From a virus (taxonomy: Duplodnaviria; Caudoviricetes): a DNA stretch of 57,928 nt. The DNA is taken from the IMG/VR virus record IMGVR_UViG_3300009002_000002, positions 1 through 57,928 of that record; one strand, written 5' to 3'. How positions within the stretch are numbered: the first letter of the stretch is position 1; each line of letters begins with the position of its first letter. The position numbers were made by a program, and so were the translations under genes. Positions 47,901-56,872 of this stretch are shown here, in pieces. The notes below the pieces were generated by a model. That model was not told the DNA's origin. It saw only the letters and a program-made list of their open reading frames with translations, and did not search any database.

Positions 47901-49707
47901 TCTGCATTACAGTATTGGATAAATTGCCTTGAGCGACAACCTGAAATTTGTTAGTATTGGCGAAGGTGCTGAAGTCGAAGTTCTGATTCGCTTGGAATAT
48001 TTCTCCTTCCACACCTGCTGCCGTAGAAGCTCCGTAAGTCGACCAATTACCTGTCCCATGACCGTTATCCCATATCATGTAGTACTGGTTATTAACAATG
48101 TTTTGCTGTGTTGTTGGTCCACCCACCTTAGTTCCGCCAATTAACATCTGAGGGAATATATCTGCTTTGCTTAGTCCAAGAAATAGTGCCTCAAGATAAA
48201 ATTTCCACTGATCGACTAATATTGAATTATGACCCGCATCATATAAATCGGGATTAAATACTGGAAGATTGTTAGACAGATTCAATACATTGATGTACTC
48301 TTGCGTAATTTGTCTACTAGCAACACCTACTGTAGCGATGGAAGTACTTGCTGGAGTAGTGTTGTCCATATCATCAGAAACCAAAAAGCCCAGACTTCTT
48401 GATGATACTTGATTTGAATTTGAGTCAGTAGGAAATGCCTGATTAGGTAACTGTAAAGCTTTATATAGTGCAGTATATTCTGAGCCTAAATATTGAGGAG
48501 CCAAGACACCTTGAGCGTTGAACAATGCTTTGTGTGCAACATTTCTCATAGACTCTAAGTAAACATTAGTGACAGTACCTGAAGTGGTACCTGCTACAGG
48601 GACTGCTGTCTTATTTAAGTAAGTCTTAACAGTAGCATAGTCATCGCTATAAAGAAACAAAAGGGGGTGTTCGTATTGTATAACTTTTGCAGAACCTGTG
48701 ATAGAATACTTAGTTCCCGTAGAAGATCCTGTGTAAGAGAGTCTAGTGCCGTTTGCTATGATTACATCACCACGCTCTATATCAACTGGTGTAGTAGAAC
48801 TTAGAACCATTACTTGGTTACTTATTCCTATCTCGTTCTTTGCAGTAAGTGTCACAGAATTAGGATCAACATAACCAAAGCCGCCATCGACCACAGTAAA
48901 GTCTATAACACCAGTAGGAGTATCACTAATCTTCGTGACTCTTCCTTCTGCTTCTACACCAGCACCGCTTGATACGATTTTTACTTTATCACCAACTACC
49001 TGATCAGGCAATCTGACTGAACTTTGCGTATCTATAGCCACTGAACTAATAGAACCAGAAATGAGTCTCCCGACATTATTAACTGTTTCAGATCCGTCAT
49101 CTGCTGTTGTAACGATCTGTATACCGTCAGAGTTCACAAATTGACCTGCTATGTTCGATAGATAGACAACAGGTACTAAGGCTCCGCCAAAGTTAACAAA
49201 GATTACTTCATCAACAAATGCTGTAGCAAGAGAAACATCACCTCGTAATCTCTGTCCCTTTTGAACTGGATAATCATCTACAGTAAAGACTGGTACCATC
49301 TCTAGATAAGCATCACCACCCCAGATAGAATCCGAGGGTCTTAATACAGCAGTACTAGGATAGAATACTTCGATGTCTTCATCAAAGAACATACGGAACA
49401 TTAGTTCAAGACTTTCTTGAGTACCCTTTCTTCGGTACATATCTTGAATATGCTTAATGATGTATCTTGTGTCAAGTGCTGTATCAATAGGTAGATCAGC
49501 TAGAAACTTCTTCTTATAGTAAATGAGGAATGTAGATAGAGTAGTGTCGATATCACGAAGCTTGGGAATATTACGATCCATCTTCTCATCAAGGTGTTTA
49601 TAATAGGCCTCTACAAACGATACAAGAAAATCACCATCTTCTTGATAGATCGAAGGAAATTGATTGCTTATTCCTGAGTAGACAGCATCTCTTATATCTA
49701 AGGCCAT
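44995..49707 (-). CDS. gp7: Baseplate wedge initiator (T4 gp7-like), multi-module (1570 aa)
   Basis: IKHIQDMYRRKGTQESLELMFRMFF at the N-terminus and LHDNDYYQEYSYEISS...VAGTKLF motif; lies between gp6 and gp8. Confidence 0.8.
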   Translation of the reverse strand: MALDIRDAVYSGISNQFPSIYQEDGDFLVSFVEAYYKHLDEKMDRNIPKLRDIDTTLSTFLIYYKKKFLADLPIDTALDTRYIIKHIQDMYRRKGTQESLELMFRMFFDEDIEVFYPSTAVLRPSDSIWGGDAYLEMVPVFTVDDYPVQKGQRLRGDVSLATAFVDEVIFVNFGGALVPVVYLSNIAGQFVNSDGIQIVTTADDGSETVNNVGRLISGSISSVAIDTQSSVRLPDQVVGDKVKIVSSGAGVEAEGRVTKISDTPTGVIDFTVVDGGFGYVDPNSVTLTAKNEIGISNQVMVLSSTTPVDIERGDVIIANGTRLSYTGSSTGTKYSITGSAKVIQYEHPLLFLYSDDYATVKTYLNKTAVPVAGTTSGTVTNVYLESMRNVAHKALFNAQGVLAPQYLGSEYTALYKALQLPNQAFPTDSNSNQVSSRSLGFLVSDDMDNTTPASTSIATVGVASRQITQEYINVLNLSNNLPVFNPDLYDAGHNSILVDQWKFYLEALFLGLSKADIFPQMLIGGTKVGGPTTQQNIVNNQYYMIWDNGHGTGNWSTYGASTAAGVEGEIFQANQNFDFSTFANTNKFQVVAQGNLSNTVMQNYHLNRFRFDANDIDTSSTTLRIPDKSGSVVSTPSVLAPSFSFKRYRGDLARYDSSVTDISKQVFLDNIGFQSFGISNRTGDFEIGSISNVETVTLIPDLIGDFALTPLDIPAGQPGGAAGTANDDYGMSGSGNENLGTTLGNAFNPITLKIGSISELNVLNSGVDYQNDVGISIENTNISKFNKKDVVLNFDTVDFDISAGDIVTQDIKVVDLQINQTGNRLHDDPEADGSILLESLGTTSTGSNYENSDCTFEFTTGDTKEYQVKAKFLKRDGNDFYFRPLSFYGFEGNRSLATMQPNQEYQIVSLGNTSPSDWVAVGASSAPKVGEIFTSTTASAISAAIGSSDKGTVIVPVKVGGFKKRITNILEDLNSLPMGANADIKGKALFQSGQIEEVAVTKTGYRYSDREVVSLVNNEPTSTNYNKNVATATLRSLGQGKTGGKWSSKTSFLSEASKNLHDNDYYQEYSYEISSIINPSRYESLISETVGVAGTKLFSKPLVNTINALDNNLNLEISTFNIQGKQLATVKQIGIADIVAGTEYTVTFLGDTTSAQWSTVGVPINSEVVQGRYNIELGSSYVISDIGSASWNDVQFLDSNTRLEWYNFWTRVLGSYSSLVTDLNNSGTITSIDALQAFRQVTGLDPISPELLANLNTITDGLAITSAFTGSTNYDIFLPNAPAVIDLVKFTKTSVPVGTVFTASVNGSSLGTGKVSYKDSIFVSPHYTGDTYSPQAIRPSSNTYTLTAGGSTTDSIISNYPVVDKFYVVHSIENLEDMDNTATANISMNIGTNTAGTNRVTASAIWSNIIDGSETQASSGLPATWPRLGTIFKADAPSNITTNGARVGNCQIAEITDSLVQFSASDISSLNVTKSSHGLIDDTIVQYYQYSGTSSGNLIGNTSANRAAEYEYYYVVNVTNDTFQLSKTPIGDGTGDTPIDLSGLTGGPHLLIRQTGIYTDDAELIGIQEQ

Positions 49708-49710
49708 TTA

Positions 49711-51471
49711 TTATGTCTCTAGTGTTTTAGCAGTTACAAATACATCTTCGCCACGAATCACAAGTATACGATCTTTCGGTGGCTTAATATCTTTATCTAC
49801 TGTGTTAGCAGTAAACTTAATTGCTTTGTTCTGGAATGAACTAATTGTAAGATTTGACAACTTAACAGCACCTGTGCTATAATTGATAGTACCTACTGAA
49901 GACTTAAACACTGACTCACTATCTACTTCAGCAGTCACTAGCATGATGTTACCATTACCATCGTCTTGTGCTGATACTAATGTACCATCAACAGTAAACT
50001 TAGTAGACTCTACAGCAGGCTTAAATGTATTAAAGCCAAGTGAAGCATCAAATGGATATGGCTGTACTAATGCAGTCTCAAACGAGAACGATGGACTACT
50101 CGAAAAGTTCAAAGCAGGAACATATTCAATGATAGGCTTACTTACGATATCAGTTGATATGATCGACACATCAAGATCATCTAGATAAGCCGCTAGGCGT
50201 GACTGTCGTAATGTCTTATTAAAGTCATTTAGATTGTTACTGTTGTAGTTAATGATACCAGCATTCACTTCGCTCTGAATCTGTGCCGCACTCTTATTTG
50301 TTAAGTTAGTATCATAAACAACCTTAACTACTGTATCGACATACAAGAACTTCGCAACAACAAACACAGGCTCAATCGTAAGCGGAGTCTTATCTCGTAG
50401 ATAGCCTTTAAAGTTTGCAATCTCGTAATCAGCCGCACCTTCACCACCTGTTACATCAACTGAGATAATCACCTTTCCGAATTGAGGGGGTGAAACTTCA
50501 TCACCACCATACACACTAATCGCTTGAATGTTTGGAAATCTAGCACGAAGCAGAGTCTCATAGTCTCGCTTAGTAACTGCTCTTTCTTGAACCTGCAAAG
50601 CCTTTGGAGCAAAAGTTCTAATCGACTCAATATCTTCCGCCAGAGAGCCGCCATTTGTAGTATTCGTGAGAGTCACTGTGATCGATGTCGAGCCGCCAAA
50701 GTTGCCAAGAGTCAAAGAGCCTACACCATTCGCAAGAGGACCTGCAGTTACTCTATAGGTCGCTACAATGGAATCAGTAACAGTAGGTTGTACACCAAAC
50801 TTATTCTCACCAAACTGAATAGAATACTTACCATCATTCTCGGGTTGTAGATAGAATACTTTATCTGTAGCACCCACACCAAAGATATCGCTTCTATAAG
50901 TGTATGTCTCACCATTTACTTTTAACACAAGACTTCTTGTATCAATGGTAGCATTTGATAGTAGTGTATCAGTACTAGAGAGAGTCTCTTTAATCATACG
51001 ACCTTCGAATACATCAACACTGTTTACTTCATATACAGTATCATTAGTTGCAGTACGAGATGCTGTGTATGCTTTGTCAGTAATGAAGTTATATGTCTTA
51101 TTACCACAGCGACCAATAAAGGCAGTGTGCATAGGTATAGTAAAGTAGTTACTGTTTAGATTAGGTGCTATGACACGAAGAGATACTTTAGTACTAGAAC
51201 TTCGTGAAGATGTTGGCAGATAGTTAAGTTCCTTGGCATGAGAGATCACACTATTACGCTGACTAGCACTATCAAGAAACATCTCTGAGATGGCCATGTT
51301 ATAGTAATAGTTATTATAGTATGAGTTATACGATAGAACATCTAACAATACATTCATGTTAGATCCTTCGTAGTCATAGTCTTTAAACTTATCTTGATTC
51401 TTTAGAAAGGTCTTGAGTGCTTCCTTAGTTTCATTAAAGTCTAGATTTGTAATTGGTGACAAGTCTGCCAT
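49711..51471 (-). CDS. gp6: Baseplate wedge subunit (T4 gp6-like)
   Basis: LDFNETK...FKDYDYEGSNMNVLLDVLSYN...EMFLDSA, QERAVTKRDY and GTINYSTG motifs. Confidence 0.95.
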   Translation of the reverse strand: MADLSPITNLDFNETKEALKTFLKNQDKFKDYDYEGSNMNVLLDVLSYNSYYNNYYYNMAISEMFLDSASQRNSVISHAKELNYLPTSSRSSSTKVSLRVIAPNLNSNYFTIPMHTAFIGRCGNKTYNFITDKAYTASRTATNDTVYEVNSVDVFEGRMIKETLSSTDTLLSNATIDTRSLVLKVNGETYTYRSDIFGVGATDKVFYLQPENDGKYSIQFGENKFGVQPTVTDSIVATYRVTAGPLANGVGSLTLGNFGGSTSITVTLTNTTNGGSLAEDIESIRTFAPKALQVQERAVTKRDYETLLRARFPNIQAISVYGGDEVSPPQFGKVIISVDVTGGEGAADYEIANFKGYLRDKTPLTIEPVFVVAKFLYVDTVVKVVYDTNLTNKSAAQIQSEVNAGIINYNSNNLNDFNKTLRQSRLAAYLDDLDVSIISTDIVSKPIIEYVPALNFSSSPSFSFETALVQPYPFDASLGFNTFKPAVESTKFTVDGTLVSAQDDGNGNIMLVTAEVDSESVFKSSVGTINYSTGAVKLSNLTISSFQNKAIKFTANTVDKDIKPPKDRILVIRGEDVFVTAKTLET

Positions 51472-51472
51472 G

Positions 51473-51880
51473 TTATCTTACCCTATTAAGATCGATTGTA
51501 ACTGATGAGAGTGTTGTAGTATTTATCGTGTTGAATACAATCTTTACTCTCAAGTCGTTTGTGTCTGTGTTCGCTTGTATCTCTACACCTTGTACTACAC
51601 AGCGTGGTTCATATGTTCGTAGTGTAGTCTTTATGTTCTGTTCTAGTATCAGTATGGTGTTAGCGTCAATGTTCTCGAATAAAGAACCTCGTATATCACA
51701 CCCTATATTAGGTTGCATAAGTCTTTCACCACGATCAGTCAGTACTAGATTCTTAATGCTTTCTTTTACTGAATTCTCATTGATCACACGAGATACATCG
51801 GTCCTACCAGGTACTGTCTCTAGATTCCTTGTGAAATCAGAGAAGAACTCTTGTGATCTTGTGCGTGGCGTTAATGACAT
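51473..51880 (-). CDS. gp25: Baseplate wedge subunit (T4 gp25-like)
   Basis: SVKESIKNLVLTDRGERLMQPNIGCDIRGSLFE...YEPR motif. Confidence 0.95.
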   Translation of the reverse strand: MSLTPRTRSQEFFSDFTRNLETVPGRTDVSRVINENSVKESIKNLVLTDRGERLMQPNIGCDIRGSLFENIDANTILILEQNIKTTLRTYEPRCVVQGVEIQANTDTNDLRVKIVFNTINTTTLSSVTIDLNRVR

Positions 51881-51900
51881 TTGTTTTACCTTTTATAGTG

Positions 51901-51908
51901 TATTTATA
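51901..51908 (-). promoter_or_regulatory. T4-type late promoter TATAAATA upstream of gp25
   Basis: TATTTATA on + strand in the short gap upstream of gp25. Confidence 0.85.
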
Positions 51909-53804
51909 CTAATCTGTAGGCCTTAACAGACTAAATGGTTGCTCTTCTTCTTGTGTTATGCTATTATTATCAAAGAAGCTAAATGTACCATCAGCCTGTT
52001 CTTCTGCTTTAAAGGTAGACTTATCAAAGAAGCGAAACTCTTCTGCAGGTTCCATTCTCTTTCTATAGCCATCCTTTCTATGTGTATTCATCATAGCTTC
52101 GTATTGTATGATATCCGCAGCCTCAGCAATCTGGTGTATTGAAGCAAATCTTGGATCATCAGTTGTAGCTACAAAGCCTTCTCTATTGCCTACATGAAGC
52201 AAGAGATAGTTCTTTGTCACACCTATACCAGTAAAGCCTGCTCTACTGGCCGCAATGATAGTCTCATCTCTATTCTCTTCAGTGATATCTAACTGTACAG
52301 CAAAACCAGAATACTTATGATGATAGCCATCACTACCCTGCTTTCTTATTTTACCTGCTGTTCTTGCTTGAACTCTAGTCGAAGTCTGTACTTGGCCCTG
52401 GCGTAGAGTATATTTATTACCTGTGATATGTGAGATTCTAAGTAACTTAGCTAGTACAGGATTAGCAATACCTTGCCACTGTTTACCATCAACCACTTTA
52501 GTCGAAAATGTAATCAATGGCCCTGGTCCTATACCCTCGCTACTCATAGCATTAATCGATCTAGTCTCATCAGCAGTAATATATGGTGAGGTTACATAGT
52601 CTACATTCGTAGGTATAGCAAGATCGCCTGTACTAGGATCAACATAGCCTAGTTCACCAGGCTGACGATATCTTACTTCGTTCTTATAGAATCCGCTTCT
52701 TGCTTTAGTCTCATCAGGCACTCGTACAACATATCTATTTGGATTATTATCACTCGCAAAATCATTGATATTACTTGTAACTTCTTCTTTTATTTCTTGA
52801 GCAACTTCTTTCTCGACACGAGTGGCACCAGCATTCTCTGCTTTCTTTTGTTCTATCTTATCTACTGTGTCAAGTACCTTCTTCTCTTGTGCTACTACCT
52901 TGGCCACTTCTGCTATCTCATCAGCAGGAGCAAATAGAATAGCTGTGATAGTCTCTGTAAGGTTACATAGTTGATACATGATTAACTGAACATTAGCTAG
53001 TGTAGGTCTTTCAAAGTTGCCAATCATCTCACTAATGAATGCTGATAGATCATCCTTAATGCGATTCATGTTCTCTTCAGAGAAGAAGTCTTGAATCTCA
53101 TCCTTCATCTTAGTGAGTTGAGTGAGTATCTTATCACCAGCATTACCTATAGTAGTTGTAATGTCTTCAATGGCCTTTTTTATAGCGTCATCGATCTTCT
53201 TTGTTATTCTATCTACTACATCTGTGATAGTCTCTATTAACTTATCTTTAATCTCCTCAAGAGTGATCATCTGTAGCTTTGATATAGCTAACTTCTTGGG
53301 ATCTAGATCGCCTAGCTTGAGACCATTCAGCTTAGTTATAGCAGAGTCTATCATAGTAAAGGCAGCGAGTAATTCCATTAGACTATTACCGAACTTGCCA
53401 CATAAGCCTTCACTGATAGTCTTACCTAAGTTCTCTTCATAAAAGAAGTCTAGATCGCTTACTGTATTAGTTAGTACTGTGTTTGAGAGTGACTTTGCAT
53501 CATATACGGCAATACTGTTCAATATATCTACTGTATCGATGTTATTCGTAAGAATATAGTCAGCTATCTCTGTGACCGTAAGAGGAAACTGGTCAAATCT
53601 TGCTTTAAGAGTAGGAGTGTCGCTCAAGTCTACTGATTCTAGTATACTATTAAGACTATTTGTTATACTTACAATCGTCTCACGATCTAATTGGTCAATA
53701 GGATCTCGTACAAGTAGAGCAGAGAAGTCGATAGGACCAACGCCAGCAGTCGTTACAGTATTCTGAGATGATAATGGTGTTGTATTACTACATTCTATCG
53801 ACAT
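51909..53804 (-). CDS. Hypothetical baseplate-associated protein: helical N-half plus degenerate peptidase M15-like C-terminal domain
   Basis: Coiled-coil-like central region; KYSGFAVQLDI...AASRAGFTGIGVTKNYLLLHVGNR resembles the M15A pattern HxxGxAxD...GFxGIG...HVD. Confidence 0.55.
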   Translation of the reverse strand: MSIECSNTTPLSSQNTVTTAGVGPIDFSALLVRDPIDQLDRETIVSITNSLNSILESVDLSDTPTLKARFDQFPLTVTEIADYILTNNIDTVDILNSIAVYDAKSLSNTVLTNTVSDLDFFYEENLGKTISEGLCGKFGNSLMELLAAFTMIDSAITKLNGLKLGDLDPKKLAISKLQMITLEEIKDKLIETITDVVDRITKKIDDAIKKAIEDITTTIGNAGDKILTQLTKMKDEIQDFFSEENMNRIKDDLSAFISEMIGNFERPTLANVQLIMYQLCNLTETITAILFAPADEIAEVAKVVAQEKKVLDTVDKIEQKKAENAGATRVEKEVAQEIKEEVTSNINDFASDNNPNRYVVRVPDETKARSGFYKNEVRYRQPGELGYVDPSTGDLAIPTNVDYVTSPYITADETRSINAMSSEGIGPGPLITFSTKVVDGKQWQGIANPVLAKLLRISHITGNKYTLRQGQVQTSTRVQARTAGKIRKQGSDGYHHKYSGFAVQLDITEENRDETIIAASRAGFTGIGVTKNYLLLHVGNREGFVATTDDPRFASIHQIAEAADIIQYEAMMNTHRKDGYRKRMEPAEEFRFFDKSTFKAEEQADGTFSFFDNNSITQEEEQPFSLLRPTD

Positions 53805-53820
53805 TTATTTCACTCTTTTT

Positions 53821-53849
53821 GTTGACAAATAGGCCAATTGTGTTATACT
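53821..53849 (+). promoter_or_regulatory. Sigma70/T4-early-type promoter facing antisense into gp5
   Basis: GTTGACA (53821-53827) followed by extended -10 TGtTATACT (53841-53849), with a T-rich upstream tract. Confidence 0.6.
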
Positions 53850-53886
53850 AGTAGTTGCAAGTAAAGGATTTATTCCACTCCCGTTG

Positions 53887-53894
53887 TATTTATT
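53887..53894 (-). promoter_or_regulatory. Late promoter variant AATAAATA upstream of the 631-aa gene
   Basis: TATTTATT on + strand overlapping the gp5 stop; one mismatch to consensus. Confidence 0.45.
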
Positions 53895-55467
53895 ACTCAT
53901 CATCTGATCTCATAAAGCCACTAAGAGCCTGCCACCATCTCTTTGTCTTCGCAGGAAGTGGAGAAGTGGCAACATTAGTAATCTCTTGAGGCTTGACAAC
54001 CTTCGCTATCTCTGTTACACTAATATCAGGTATCGTCTGAGTACCTTTTTGCACTAACTGTGGTGCTAACGAAGCAGTAATTGCACCAGCCGATGCCGTT
54101 CCTGTTGCGGCTGCTGTACCATTACCAATCAGAACAGAAGCGGCTGGTATTACTGAGTCAAGTGATACTGCGGCTGTTGCACCTAATCCTAATGTACCAA
54201 TAGAGTATAGATTCATTGTAGCACCAGATGAGATACCGACAGCACCCGTACCGTTAATACCAAGCGATCCTAGCGTGTTTAGATTCATCGTAGCTATGGA
54301 GTCTATTCGTAGTGAGGTTTTACTGTGGATGTCAATACCATTATGGCCAACATCAGGTATTGGTAGTAGTTGAGAACTTACTGCTGGCAGACCTGTTGTA
54401 TGTATCTTCGTATATGAAATACTGTTGAGATTCATCTTATACGAGTCTACATGGAAGTCACCCCCATTTCCAGCTACATTACCTGGCATTAGACACTTGA
54501 AGTACATACCACCTAGAGTTGTTAACGCTTTCAGATTAGTATTCGCAACCATATTAATGTCATCTGCTGTAGCAAAGAGTCCAATACCAGCACCAGATAC
54601 ATTCACTTTCACACCTGCATCAAGGTTTATATTTCGTGCGGCACGAACATTAAAGTCTGTACACTCTATATCTAATCGGCCATTCACACTGATCTTACCA
54701 GACTTGCCTACTTTCAGAGTATAGTCTTCGTCTATTGTACTATGAGAAGAACCTCTAACATAGCTTGACTCTACACCCTGAGTTGTGTTATACTTGTCAG
54801 CAAATGACTTAACAAAGATAGTACCATTCGCATCAATCTGGAATACGGAGCCAGAGGAGTGGGAGATAAGAAAATAATCAGTTGCTTCACCATCTTCACC
54901 AGATCCTAGTACAATAAAGTTATCTCCATCAGAAGACTTTATCACTCTATTCTTATAGTTATTACCAGGCATCATGATAGGTGGCTCATCAAACGAATCA
55001 CCATCTGCTTGAGGAATATTAGTGTTAGCAAAGACTCGCTGTGCTAATGTTTGTCCTTGGCTAGCTCCTTCACCACCTTGATATCGATGTAGATCAGGCT
55101 TACCAAATTGATTCACGACTTCAGGTGGTAGATAGCCATCTTCTCCTGGCTCACCACTACCCGCAGGCATTTGTAGATGTTGCCCCGGCAATCTACCCAT
55201 AATCATAGGCTGTTGCGCTTCTGCACCATCTATAAAGAAGCCAAATACCCAGTCACCCACAGAAGGAATAACAGGCGATACACCATATGATCCATCTAAT
55301 ACTGAAGCCCATGGCAGGTGGTCAGTAGGAACACTATCAGTATCGCTCTCACTATTTCGAGGAGGATGAATACCAAACGCTCTTACTTTCACTCTACCAT
55401 TGTTCGTAAGGTCATTGTTTGCTTCAACAACTCCTACAAAATGGAGCATATTACTAAATCCACTCAT
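53893..55467 (-). CDS. gp5: Baseplate hub central spike (T4 gp5-like; OB-fold plus beta-helix, no recognisable lysozyme domain)
   Basis: FVGVVE...GRVKVRAFGIH...LPWA...VGDWVFGFFIDG.EAQQPMIMG OB-fold; HSSGSVFQIDANG followed by beta-helix repeats. Confidence 0.9.
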   Translation of the reverse strand: MSGFSNMLHFVGVVEANNDLTNNGRVKVRAFGIHPPRNSESDTDSVPTDHLPWASVLDGSYGVSPVIPSVGDWVFGFFIDGAEAQQPMIMGRLPGQHLQMPAGSGEPGEDGYLPPEVVNQFGKPDLHRYQGGEGASQGQTLAQRVFANTNIPQADGDSFDEPPIMMPGNNYKNRVIKSSDGDNFIVLGSGEDGEATDYFLISHSSGSVFQIDANGTIFVKSFADKYNTTQGVESSYVRGSSHSTIDEDYTLKVGKSGKISVNGRLDIECTDFNVRAARNINLDAGVKVNVSGAGIGLFATADDINMVANTNLKALTTLGGMYFKCLMPGNVAGNGGDFHVDSYKMNLNSISYTKIHTTGLPAVSSQLLPIPDVGHNGIDIHSKTSLRIDSIATMNLNTLGSLGINGTGAVGISSGATMNLYSIGTLGLGATAAVSLDSVIPAASVLIGNGTAAATGTASAGAITASLAPQLVQKGTQTIPDISVTEIAKVVKPQEITNVATSPLPAKTKRWWQALSGFMRSDDE

Positions 55468-55543
55468 TAATCTTTATCCTCTAGTTTCAAATAGATCGTA
55501 TAACTTATTGATATGATTAACAAAATTCCTATTAGATCAGGGC

Positions 55544-56872
55544 TCATGATAAGCCACCCTTTGTAATCAATACAGATTGCTTATACTCATCACCAGTAAA
55601 CCTATGGTCAATGTTCATCACAAGATACTTACCACTTCTCTGAGTATCAGTCTCTCTAGTACCCGCTACAGTATTACTAAACTTATATAGGTCAAGGTTA
55701 ATCACCATGCCAGGGTATAATGCAATACGGCCATTGATCTCTATAGTAAAGGCATTCAGATTCATATGATAGTCCACAGCAGGCTTCGTTGTATAGTTCT
55801 CGTAGAAGTGCTGATAAGGCTTATCCAGATCACCTTTATTCTGGCCTATCTGCGGGAAGTCAGTAATCAGTGTCGTAGAAGGTGCCAATGCAGAAGGCAT
55901 ATAGGAATCTATGAACTCTTGAGAGTGTGTTAGCTTTAGGTCCTCTGGTGCCTTGTAATCTTTGTACTCGCTTGTGTAATCATACTGGCGTGAGATACGG
56001 GTCCTGTTCAGTATATCAAGTTCGGTAACATTACGCCTATAGGCACCACCCTTCATTTCAGCGAATGAGTCTGCCTTCTTGCCATATCGGACATCGTTTA
56101 TGCTCTGTTGCGCTTTCAGCTGGCCTGTGCCTGTGTTGTCATCTAACACACGGTAATTAAAAAATAAGCGATTCCTTTCTTCATTAGATATCCCCTCAAA
56201 ACCGCTGTATTTATCGGTCAGGTACTCGCTCGTACAGAAATAATACTTCTCTCTTGTCTCAAAGAATCTATATAACGAACTCTTATTACTACCACTATAT
56301 GCTCTTCTAGATAAAAATTGCATTGCGGCATCTGGCCTTAGATTAGGTATGACTAAAGTTTGTTCTCCATCTGTTTCTTCTATCTCTATGGCTTTCTTAC
56401 TATCAGAATAATACTCATTAAAGATTGTATTGACCATATCACTGATCTTTTGTTTACCAAATGATCTTTTAATCTCCTTTCTATCAGAGGATAGCTTATC
56501 TACAGTAGTAAAGTCTAGTGTATATTTCATCATTCTATCGTTGACACTGTTCTCTGGTCCTATGTTATCTACTCCATATATGATAAAGTCATAGGTTTTA
56601 GTATCTCCGTAGAAGTCTGACCATGTAATTTGTAATGATTCTTCGCCTCGAATGGGAACATCTTCTAATAGATTGTTGCTTTCATTAACTGTTAGCCTGC
56701 CTGAGATATAGGGACTGTCAATACTCTCTTGAAATGTCCAATTTACCACTACCTTTGTGATGTCTATATAGTCCGCCTGATTCTTTTGACTGGCACTCTC
56801 GACACCTGCAAATAAAGGTCGTACCTTTACTGATACGAGTTTGTGGAATCCCGCTTGGGCTTGTTTAGTCAT
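55544..56872 (-). CDS. Baseplate hub protein (gp27/GpD-like)
   Basis: FQESIDSPYISGRL, YRFFET and C-terminal GRIALYPGMVINL...SGKYLVMNIDHRF motifs; lies between gp53 and gp5. Confidence 0.7.
   Translation of the reverse strand: MTKQAQAGFHKLVSVKVRPLFAGVESASQKNQADYIDITKVVVNWTFQESIDSPYISGRLTVNESNNLLEDVPIRGEESLQITWSDFYGDTKTYDFIIYGVDNIGPENSVNDRMMKYTLDFTTVDKLSSDRKEIKRSFGKQKISDMVNTIFNEYYSDSKKAIEIEETDGEQTLVIPNLRPDAAMQFLSRRAYSGSNKSSLYRFFETREKYYFCTSEYLTDKYSGFEGISNEERNRLFFNYRVLDDNTGTGQLKAQQSINDVRYGKKADSFAEMKGGAYRRNVTELDILNRTRISRQYDYTSEYKDYKAPEDLKLTHSQEFIDSYMPSALAPSTTLITDFPQIGQNKGDLDKPYQHFYENYTTKPAVDYHMNLNAFTIEINGRIALYPGMVINLDLYKFSNTVAGTRETDTQRSGKYLVMNIDHRFTGDEYKQSVLITKGGLS

Noticed and set aside
277-54724. 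Dozens of short + strand and alternate-frame ORFs in the track (e.g. 277..642, 5501..5887, 35875..36315, 45277..45780, 51453..51926)
   Set aside because: They lie wholly or almost wholly within well-supported genes on the opposite strand or in another frame and have no recognisable motifs; they are typical shadow ORFs.
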